DNA of 64,000 nucleotides. Source: an uncultured Mycoplasmatota bacterium. Lineage in GTDB: Bacteria; Bacillota_I; Bacilli_A; RF39; UBA660. The DNA lies in the NCBI GenBank assembly GCA_947646095.1, contig CANSFI010000002.1:5132-69131 (forward strand). The letters run 5' to 3'. Under the pieces are notes generated by a model. That model ran no database searches. It saw only the letters and a list, made by a program, of their open reading frames with translations, and was not told where the DNA came from. Of the stretch, positions 9,089 through 17,144 are shown piece after piece (within the stretch, counting starts at the first letter, position 1; every line of letters starts with the position of its first letter). The position numbers and the translations under genes are program-made.

Positions 9089-9714
9089 ACTCTTCTCCTA
9101 TCTTTTAAATAATTAAAAAGTGGTATTAATAATCCTAAAGTTAAGAAAGCTCCTGCTGGTTCTACTAAAATAGATATTGGTAAAATATTAGTAGTTGGTA
9201 TTATTCTATAAATAGCTCTATATCTAGTAATAGAACTAATAGAATCCATTAGTGTAATTATACCAGTACCAAGAACTTCTCTAAACAAAGCTATTAAAGT
9301 TATAGCTAAAGTAAATCCTAGTCCTATTCCTAATACATCTTTCAAACTATAACTCATTTTTTCTTTTGAATAAACTGTTAATATTCTGCCTAAAATAGTA
9401 CAGTTAACAACAATTAAAGGTAAATATATTCCAAATACTTTATATAGGTTAGATATATAATTTTTTAATATTATTTCTATAGCTGTAACAATAGTTCCAA
9501 CTATTAATATATAAACAGGTATTTTAACACTTTCTGGTACTATTTTCTTAATAATAGTTACAACAAATGATGAAAGAATTAAAACTATTAAAACACATAT
9601 TCCCATTAAATAAGCGTTTTCTACTTTAGTTGTAACTGCTAAAGCAGGACATAATCCTAAAAGTAAAACAAAAGTAGGATTTTCTTTTATTATTCCATTT
9701 ATTATTGTTTTCAT
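9085..9714 (-). CDS. rnfE: Rnf complex subunit E
   Basis: LLLGLCPALAVTT motif, RnfE/NqrD family. It overlaps rnfA by 4 nt. Confidence 0.85.
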   Translation of the reverse strand: MKTIINGIIKENPTFVLLLGLCPALAVTTKVENAYLMGICVLIVLILSSFVVTIIKKIVPESVKIPVYILIVGTIVTAIEIILKNYISNLYKVFGIYLPLIVVNCTILGRILTVYSKEKMSYSLKDVLGIGLGFTLAITLIALFREVLGTGIITLMDSISSITRYRAIYRIIPTTNILPISILVEPAGAFLTLGLLIPLFNYLKDRRRV

Positions 9715-9798
9715 ATTTCACCTACACTTTTCATAATAAAATAAAGTATACTAGAACAGATTAAAGCTGTTAAAGTTAAAACTATTACACCTTTTATT

Positions 9799-11196
9799 TT
9801 ATCTTTCATAATTATCACCATAATCTTTTAAAGTATTTATAAACATCTTCTTTAAAGATGTAGAAGTTATTGTAACACCACTAATAGTATCAACATTATC
9901 AAGATTATTTTGTTCAGATATTAATTTATTTATATAATTTGTATCTATTATCTTTTCATAAAAACTATCACTTTGTTCTAATATTTCTACAGATTTTATT
10001 TTAGAATTATTAATAGTTATTTTTGCTTTTATGGTACTAGAATATCCTTTTTCAGTTACAATATAAATAATATTAGAACCTATTTTTTCTTTACTTTCAA
10101 TACTATAATTAGGATCTTTTTCATCAATTTTATATTTAGAAGTAATTATAAAAGGTAAAACTACAATTAAACTTGCTAAAACTATAAATGGTAGAATTAT
10201 TTTTTTTTGTCTATTTGAGCATAAATTATCAATAACAGGCACTAGCATATTCATAGTTAAAATACTTGTAAGAACACCTTCTGGGTATGGAGTTAAATAT
10301 CTAAATATAACTGTAAGTATTCCAAGTGAAATACCATATATTATTTGACCAGCTATAGTAGTTGGACTAGTAACAGGATCAGTTGCCATAAAAACTGCTC
10401 CAAAAAATAACCCACCACTTAATATTTGAAATAAAGGATACCAAATTCCTAAATCATTAAATATTCCAACTAAATAAGTTAATATAAATACTGTACTTAT
10501 ATAAAAAACTGGTATTTTCCATTTAATTGTTTTAGTAATTGTTAAATAAATAAAAGCTATTAAACAAAGTAAAGCACTTGTTTCTCCGATAGCCCCTGGT
10601 ATAGTTCCAATAAAGAAATTTAAAAGGTTTCCATATGGTTTAACTAATATATCATATGTACCTATACTATCTATAGATGCATTAGAAAGTGGTGTAGAAT
10701 GACTTATAGTATCTATTTCATAACTATTCAAATATCCTCCATGACTACTAATTACGCTAGCATATACTGATATAATGAAAAGTCTTCCTATCAAAGCAGG
10801 ATTAAAAATATTATTACCAAATCCACCAAATAACATTTTACCTAATATACTAGCAACTAAAGAACCTAGTATAACTAAAGATACTGGTGTATTAATTGGT
10901 AAGATAAGTCCTAAAAACAAACCTGGAATAAAACTATAAGAATCAAATAAGTATTTTTTTAAATCCTTTTCTTTTAAGAATAATTTTACATATAATAATT
11001 CAAAAAGTGTTGTTGATAAGGTTGATACTAATATTATTATAATTGGTCTAAATAGAATAATTATATTTCTATTACTAATATAGGGTATAATGCCATTTTT
11101 ATAAAAACTAAATAGAATAATTGGAGTTAAAGCAATAATTAAATGTAACATTATTTTGCTAGTTTTATTTTTACTTTTTATATATGGTCCTTTCAT
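9799..11196 (-). CDS. rnfDG: fused Rnf subunits D and G (RnfD membrane domain plus C-terminal FMN-binding RnfG domain)
   Basis: The N-terminal ~320 aa are polytopic RnfD-like. The C-terminal ~140 aa have a TM anchor and the FMN-binding motif DTISGVTITSTS. Confidence 0.75.
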   Translation of the reverse strand: MKGPYIKSKNKTSKIMLHLIIALTPIILFSFYKNGIIPYISNRNIIILFRPIIIILVSTLSTTLFELLYVKLFLKEKDLKKYLFDSYSFIPGLFLGLILPINTPVSLVILGSLVASILGKMLFGGFGNNIFNPALIGRLFIISVYASVISSHGGYLNSYEIDTISHSTPLSNASIDSIGTYDILVKPYGNLLNFFIGTIPGAIGETSALLCLIAFIYLTITKTIKWKIPVFYISTVFILTYLVGIFNDLGIWYPLFQILSGGLFFGAVFMATDPVTSPTTIAGQIIYGISLGILTVIFRYLTPYPEGVLTSILTMNMLVPVIDNLCSNRQKKIILPFIVLASLIVVLPFIITSKYKIDEKDPNYSIESKEKIGSNIIYIVTEKGYSSTIKAKITINNSKIKSVEILEQSDSFYEKIIDTNYINKLISEQNNLDNVDTISGVTITSTSLKKMFINTLKDYGDNYER

Positions 11197-12452
11197 TATT
11201 TACCTACTTTCTCTTTTGCTTTTCTTACAGATTCTCTTACATTTATTTTAGCTGGACAAATATAAGAACACAAACCACAATTAATACATTTGTTGGCATT
11301 TAATTGTTTTAGTTTTTCTATATTATTTATATTATCTTTAATTAAAACAGGACATATTTTGGCTGGACATACACTTACACATTTACCACATCTTAAACAA
11401 TTTTTAACTTCTTCTTTTTTTATATTTTTTAAAATTAAGACACAATTTAATTCAGGAGTAACGATTAAATCTTCTACATTTTCTCCCATCATAGGACCAC
11501 CTGCTATAAGAATTTTATTATCACAACCTATATAATTAATTAATTCTTTTACTGGTGTACCTATTTTAACTAAAATATTTTTAGAATTTTTTAATCCATT
11601 TCCAGAAAATGTAACTATTCTTTCAGTTAAAGGTTTATTTAATTTTAAAGCTTGGTATATTGCATATATAGTTGAAATATTATTTACAATTATATACTTT
11701 TCAATAGGTAATTTATCATAAGTAATATTAGTTAATTCTTTAATTAAATTTCTCTCCCAACCCATAGGATATAAACTTGGAACTAATACTACTTTAATCT
11801 TTAAATATGTACCAATATATTTATTGATTATATCTAGTAAAGATTTAGAACTAACAGCTATTATAGATTCATTTATATTATTTATTTCCATTATAGCATC
11901 TATTACTTCTAATATTTCTTGGCATTTATCTTTAATAATAAAATAATCAGCTGTAATATATGGTTCACATTCAACCGCATTTACAATTAATGTATTAATA
12001 TTTTCGTTATTATATTTAATATAAGTTGGAAATCCTGATCCACCTAAACCAACTATTCCATTATTTTTTAATATTTCAATAAATTCTTGTTTAGTTATTT
12101 CATTTATTTTATCTTGTTTTTTCAAATTGTTTACATTTGTTTCTTTAAAATCATTTTCAATAACTATACATTTTACTTTATTACCATTAAATATTGTGTG
12201 GTCTTCAAAATCAATAACTTTTCCACTTACAGTAGATAATATTAATTTTTTAACGTTATCTTTTACCTTACCTATAATACTACCTTTACAAACATAATCA
12301 CCTTTATTTACTAAAACTGTAGCATTATAAGTAGGAATATAAACTCTTTCTGGTTTATTATAAATATCTAATGGTGTTTTAGTTGATACTGATTTATATC
12401 TAGGTATTTTTAAACCTTTCATCTTTTCACCTACCCTAATATAATTATACAT
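11196..12452 (-). CDS. rnfC: Rnf complex subunit C
   Basis: Two 4Fe-4S motifs (CLRCGKCVSVCP, CINCGLCSYICP). GGSGFP NADH-binding-like motif. Likely true start is MKGLKIP at 12422. Confidence 0.85.
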   Translation of the reverse strand: MYNYIRVGEKMKGLKIPRYKSVSTKTPLDIYNKPERVYIPTYNATVLVNKGDYVCKGSIIGKVKDNVKKLILSTVSGKVIDFEDHTIFNGNKVKCIVIENDFKETNVNNLKKQDKINEITKQEFIEILKNNGIVGLGGSGFPTYIKYNNENINTLIVNAVECEPYITADYFIIKDKCQEILEVIDAIMEINNINESIIAVSSKSLLDIINKYIGTYLKIKVVLVPSLYPMGWERNLIKELTNITYDKLPIEKYIIVNNISTIYAIYQALKLNKPLTERIVTFSGNGLKNSKNILVKIGTPVKELINYIGCDNKILIAGGPMMGENVEDLIVTPELNCVLILKNIKKEEVKNCLRCGKCVSVCPAKICPVLIKDNINNIEKLKQLNANKCINCGLCSYICPAKINVRESVRKAKEKVGK

Positions 12453-12495
12453 TCTTTTTTTTATTTTGGAAATATTTAATTTAAAATAAAAAAGA

Positions 12496-12524
12496 TAGAC
12501 AAAACTAAAAATTTATGTTATAAT
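12496..12524 (+). promoter_or_regulatory. near-consensus sigma-A promoter with extended -10
   Basis: TAGACA, 17 nt spacer, TGtTATAAT. RBS AAGGAGTGAG lies before the ATG at 12593. Confidence 0.55.
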
Positions 12525-12592
12525 ATTAATATATACTTAAAAAGAATAGGATTATTAATTTAGTTAATAATAGTATAAGGAGTGAGTCGTAC

Positions 12593-15466
12593 ATGAAGAA
12601 GATTAAAACAATTAAAAGGATTTCAAAATATTTATTATTTATAATAGTGATGTTTATAAGTATAAATGGAGTTAAAGCTGATTATCAAAGCGACCATAAT
12701 AGTACAATTTCCACATCTGGTGGAGTAAACTGTAATAGCTATTGTTGGAATTTCCCAGATAAGCAATCATATGTTTCTGGAATTAGAGTAAGTGTTGTTA
12801 ATTCTGATGGAGATATGGTAAGTAAACGAACAATGGATTATTTAAATAGTGGTAACCATGTTTATAGGTTTAATAACAATAGAGGATACTCAAGATGTTA
12901 TGACAATGCTCGTAACAAAATAACTTATTTAAAATATAATGCACCAGCTAAATGGGGAAATCATAATGGTGAAGAAATAGCAAAATATCTAGATATGCCA
13001 GATATCTTTCGTAATAGAAATTCGGCACAAATTATAAAAGATGCTATAAATAATGGGTTAGATAAAGTATTCTTTGATGACATTGGATATACACTACCTA
13101 ACAGTGTAGAAGAAAGAAATGAACATTATATAATTATTGAACCTGTAACTGCTATTATTTCTGGTGATAGACAATATTATGGAACATATTATGAACTAGC
13201 TTCATCTCTACCTACTGGTAGTGGGATTTCTACATCTTCTGTATTGTTAGAATCATTACCAATTTCTATGTATATATCTGGAAATAAAAGAATAAAAGGA
13301 AGTGCTAGATTTGAAAATGGTACTTATTTTAAAGGATTATTAAGAGAAGCTAGATGGCCAGAGATGCGAAATCCTTATTACACAAGTCAATTAGGTAAAC
13401 AATATTGTGATCAACATTTTGGTTGGGGGGTAGCTATTTATTGGTTAGGTGTTGGTAGTGATGATGATCCTCCAGATTTAGATATAACCCCTCCTATTCC
13501 ACCTAAATGTGATTTTAATAATTCTAGTCACTTTAGAAGTACAACAAGTGGCCCAAATAATGAAGATTGCTGTATATATGTTTTAGATAATTTAAAAGAT
13601 TATAATATAACTAAAGAAGATTTATTTAATCGACATAGAAGGTGTCGTCAAAACATCATTAACACTTGTAAATTTGGATATGATACAAGTCAACCTTCAT
13701 GTAATACAAGTGCTTACGGTTATATAAAAGATATTGACGATTGGGTATGTATTAAATCTAGTCCATTATCAAATAACTCAACTTTTAAAAATTATTTTCT
13801 AAAATACGGGAATTTTGATAGTGCTTGTTCTGTATACTGTCGTGATGAAATCAAATATTTATATCCAGGTAGTGGAATGATTGCTTTAGCTGGTAACTAC
13901 TTTACAATTGCTAATAAAAGTAATTCATATAGTTATTATATAGATGATGTAACAAAAACAACTAAAGTTAAAGCCGCAACTCTTGGACCTATAACTATTA
14001 CTGTCAAAAGAGAATGCACTATTGATACAGATCCAGATACTGTTACTAGTTCTGATTTAAATCAATGTCAAGTTAAATTAAATGATCAATTAGATCAATT
14101 AAAAGCTCCTGCTATTGAATTTGCTTATGAATCTGATTACTATAATAATCCTACTGAAAATTTAAGAGTTTCTAAAACTACTACAACTAATTCAAATGAT
14201 AATAATATAAAATCTAGAACTATAAAATATGAATATTCATTACCTACTACTACTTATTACTCTGTATCTAAAGGTAATGGAGCATCTACCAAATATAAAC
14301 CTTCTTCAAATAATTCAAATTATATTACTATTGGATATCATTTACCTATTCATTTTACTCAGGCTACTGGTAGAACAGAATATCAAATAGGTATTAAAAA
14401 TTTCAATAATCAAAACTTTAATAATGTATTTATAAATGGTAATAAAATGCCAACTACTATTAAATCAAGTATTGAAAGTTATATTCAAAACTTAAGAAAA
14501 AGTGGGAAGGCTAATGCTAGTAATATTAATGGAAGATGGTATTTAGATAAAACTTTTGTAAAATTATTAGAAAAAGCTAATTATGATAAAGTAAATTTTA
14601 TGCAGATGAGTTGTGCTAATACTAGTAGTTATACTTGTAATTATGATGATAATGGTATATATTGTTTAGATAAAAATAGTAATTCTAATAGTGAACAAAC
14701 TTATAAAAATCTAGATAGTTGTATTAGAACAGAAGTTCAAAAATTAAAAACTAACAATGTAAGTTATAAATCTGATTTAACTTATACTTGTAACTTTACT
14801 GTAAGAAACACTATAGGTTCTACACCTGATCCAGATCCATCAGGATATAAATGTAAATATATAAATGGAAAATATTATGGAATTAATGGAAATATTGTAT
14901 CAAAAGATACATATACTAGTGAGTGTGGTTCTTCACCTATAAATCCTGATAATCCATCTTGTATTCCAGGTGATCCAGATTGTCCAGGTAATAATGATGA
15001 AGATGATAATTGTGTTGGTCCTAGTTGTAATCCTGGTGGTATAGATCCAGAAGATGGTCCAGGAGGAATCAATGTTATATTTAGACCAATATCATTAGAT
15101 AATCCATTTCCAAGTATCGATGGTGATGGAAGAAAAACGGGAAGTAATTGGTGTTATTGGTATGACTGTGCTAATACAAACGATGTAGTTAAAAAAGCTA
15201 TTACTAATAATAGAAATGTTACAACTGAAAAAGTTTATAAAGATTTAGGCCCACTTTATAAAATAACTTTAACTCCTGCTACTATTAAAGAAATAAGAGC
15301 TTATAATAAAAAAACTACCTATGATGACTTTAATTTAAAATGCAATAATGGTACTAAATGTCTTAGTGACTTTATTCGTAAAAACTTTATAAGTAAATTT
15401 ACTGGCTGTGGTATTAAAGGTCATGAAGGTACTACTAAATGTCAAGACTTTGATAGATGGGGATAA
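12593..15466 (+). CDS. large secreted Cys-rich protein of unknown family (paralog A, 957 aa)
   Basis: Sec-type signal peptide (MKKIKTIKRISKYLLFIIVMFISINGVKA|D). Many Cys residues. C-terminal D/P/G-rich segment (NPFPSIDGDGRKTG). No recognisable catalytic motifs. Confidence 0.6.
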   Translation: MKKIKTIKRISKYLLFIIVMFISINGVKADYQSDHNSTISTSGGVNCNSYCWNFPDKQSYVSGIRVSVVNSDGDMVSKRTMDYLNSGNHVYRFNNNRGYSRCYDNARNKITYLKYNAPAKWGNHNGEEIAKYLDMPDIFRNRNSAQIIKDAINNGLDKVFFDDIGYTLPNSVEERNEHYIIIEPVTAIISGDRQYYGTYYELASSLPTGSGISTSSVLLESLPISMYISGNKRIKGSARFENGTYFKGLLREARWPEMRNPYYTSQLGKQYCDQHFGWGVAIYWLGVGSDDDPPDLDITPPIPPKCDFNNSSHFRSTTSGPNNEDCCIYVLDNLKDYNITKEDLFNRHRRCRQNIINTCKFGYDTSQPSCNTSAYGYIKDIDDWVCIKSSPLSNNSTFKNYFLKYGNFDSACSVYCRDEIKYLYPGSGMIALAGNYFTIANKSNSYSYYIDDVTKTTKVKAATLGPITITVKRECTIDTDPDTVTSSDLNQCQVKLNDQLDQLKAPAIEFAYESDYYNNPTENLRVSKTTTTNSNDNNIKSRTIKYEYSLPTTTYYSVSKGNGASTKYKPSSNNSNYITIGYHLPIHFTQATGRTEYQIGIKNFNNQNFNNVFINGNKMPTTIKSSIESYIQNLRKSGKANASNINGRWYLDKTFVKLLEKANYDKVNFMQMSCANTSSYTCNYDDNGIYCLDKNSNSNSEQTYKNLDSCIRTEVQKLKTNNVSYKSDLTYTCNFTVRNTIGSTPDPDPSGYKCKYINGKYYGINGNIVSKDTYTSECGSSPINPDNPSCIPGDPDCPGNNDEDDNCVGPSCNPGGIDPEDGPGGINVIFRPISLDNPFPSIDGDGRKTGSNWCYWYDCANTNDVVKKAITNNRNVTTEKVYKDLGPLYKITLTPATIKEIRAYNKKTTYDDFNLKCNNGTKCLSDFIRKNFISKFTGCGIKGHEGTTKCQDFDRWG

Positions 15467-15471
15467 TATAA

Positions 15472-15508
15472 AAGAATTTGAATCTATGAATTTTCAAATT
15501 CTTTTTTA
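15472..15508. terminator. bidirectional intrinsic terminator
   Basis: AAGAATTTGAA-tctatgaatt-TTCAAATTCTT has a perfect 11-bp stem flanked by T/A runs on both strands. Confidence 0.6.
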
Positions 15509-15516
15509 ATTAAAAT

Positions 15517-15804
15517 TTATCTATTAAATAAGTCAATATGACTACCTATTGCAAAAAGCAATAAAATTAATTCACTATCTTGTATTTTATATATTAATAA
15601 CCAATCAGGTAATATATGACACTCATTACAATCTTTAAATGTTTTATCATTTACTAATTTATGATTTCTATACTTTAAATCTAATTCTTCTCCATTTGAT
15701 AATTTTTCTATAACTTCATACAATTTATTTAAATCTTTACCTTGTCTTTTTATTTTTTTATACTGTTTTTTAAAATTACTAGTATAATCAACTTGATACT
15801 ACAT
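15517..15804 (-). pseudogene. YafQ/RelE-family toxin gene with amber stop at codon 2
   Basis: In-frame translation from ATG 15804 is M-TAG-YQVDYTSNFKKQYKKIKRQGKDLNKLYEVIEKL...CHILPDWLLIYKIQDSELILLLFAIGSHIDLF, YafQ-like throughout. Only a TTG at 15723 could restart. Confidence 0.55.
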
Positions 15805-15809
15805 AATAA

Positions 15810-16100
15810 TTATTCCTTATTTAAAGAATCTATAAGATCATTCATGTTAGTATAGCCTTTTCTTTTTCCACTTTTTAACTCTTGAAGAATTTGCTCACCT
15901 TCATCTAATGATTCTATCAATTCTTTAATTGGTCTAGGGTTAGACACTTCAAATGGTATACCATCTTTATTTATCAATTGTTTCATTGCCATATTTACAA
16001 AAGTACTCATGTTTAATCCTAAATTTTTTAATATACCATTGGCTACTTCTTTATCATGGGTATCTACTTGAACACTAATAGCACTTGTTAAATTTTCCAT
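15810..16100 (-). CDS. RelB/DinJ-family antitoxin
   Basis: ISVQVDTHDKEVANGILKNLGLNMSTFVNMAMKQLINKDGIPFE matches DinJ/RelB. It sits immediately upstream of the YafQ-like ORF. Confidence 0.7.
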   Translation of the reverse strand: MENLTSAISVQVDTHDKEVANGILKNLGLNMSTFVNMAMKQLINKDGIPFEVSNPRPIKELIESLDEGEQILQELKSGKRKGYTNMNDLIDSLNKE

Positions 16101-16321
16101 ACATATACACCTCTTTCTTATAAAAAATTATATCATAAAAATATTATATATATTTATAATATTATAATCTATAAATTTAATAATAAATGAAAATAAACAA
16201 ATATCTAAAAACAATTAATATAAAATACTTCATCAAAAACTATAATATTTCTTTATATTTATTCTATATAATTATAAATTTTACTTTCTCATACTTAAAA
16301 CAAAAATTTTTAAAATAATTA

Positions 16322-16350
16322 TTGACCAATTGGATTACAAATTATATAAT
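16322..16350 (+). promoter_or_regulatory. consensus sigma-A promoter
   Basis: TTGACC, 17 nt spacer, TATAAT, upstream of the ATG at 16374. Confidence 0.55.
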
Positions 16351-16373
16351 TATAATAGGAATTAGGTGATATT

Positions 16374-17105
16374 ATGATAAAAAATAAAAGAAAAACTATT
16401 ATAGGGATTATTTTAAGTACTATAGTTATTAGTACAATACTATTTTCTAATCAAATAGCTAAAGTTGACGCTGAAGGACAAGCAGACATAGGTGGTTCTA
16501 CTGCTGGTGGTAGCGGTTGTATAGACCCTAAAAATTGTTGGCCATTCCCAGATGGTGGTACTAATAAGTCAATTAGAGGTATTAGGGTTAGTGTTGTAGA
16601 TAACAATGGAAACATGATCAGTGCTAGATCTATGGATTATTTGAGTGAGGAAAGTCATGTTAGAATAATTAACACAGATAAACGTTATACTAAATGTACA
16701 AACCACACTCGTAATAAAGTATCTTATATAAAACAAAATACATCTTGTAATTGGGCTAATGAGTTAATAACTGTTAAACATGCTTCTTGGCTACCAGACG
16801 TATTTTTCGATAGTTCAGCTAGTAATACAATTAAAAATTATATTTTAAATAACTATAATAATATAAGAGACAATATATTCCAAGATATTGGTTATAATGC
16901 TCCTAGTAAAGAAAAAAGAAAAAATCATTATGTAATTGTTGAACCTGTAACTTATGTTACTTACCTAGGGGACAGATATTATGGAACTTATCATGAATTA
17001 AGTAATAAAATGCCTACTAGTGGAAGACCTGTTTTAAAAAAACATTTACCTTATTCTATGTATATTGTAGGAAATGAAAATATTGGTGGTGATGGTGGTT
17101 TTTAA
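16374..17105 (+). CDS. N-terminal fragment of large secreted Cys-rich protein paralog B (ends at in-frame TAA)
   Basis: Signal peptide plus a domain homologous to residues ~40-270 of paralog A (GIRVSVV.NG.M.S.R.MDYL, HY.I.EPVT). Confidence 0.55.
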   Translation: MIKNKRKTIIGIILSTIVISTILFSNQIAKVDAEGQADIGGSTAGGSGCIDPKNCWPFPDGGTNKSIRGIRVSVVDNNGNMISARSMDYLSEESHVRIINTDKRYTKCTNHTRNKVSYIKQNTSCNWANELITVKHASWLPDVFFDSSASNTIKNYILNNYNNIRDNIFQDIGYNAPSKEKRKNHYVIVEPVTYVTYLGDRYYGTYHELSNKMPTSGRPVLKKHLPYSMYIVGNENIGGDGGF

Positions 17106-17144
17106 AATAATTCTTATTTTGATGGAGCTATAAAAGTAGTTAAC

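Noticed and set aside
9708-9809. 32-aa hydrophobic ORF (MKDKIKGVIVLTLTALICSSILYFIMKSVGEI) between rnfDG and rnfE whose stop overlaps the rnfE ATG
   Set aside because: It overlaps both neighbours (11 nt into the rnfDG 3' end). This could simply be chance in an AT-rich junction. I keep it only as a very weak candidate.
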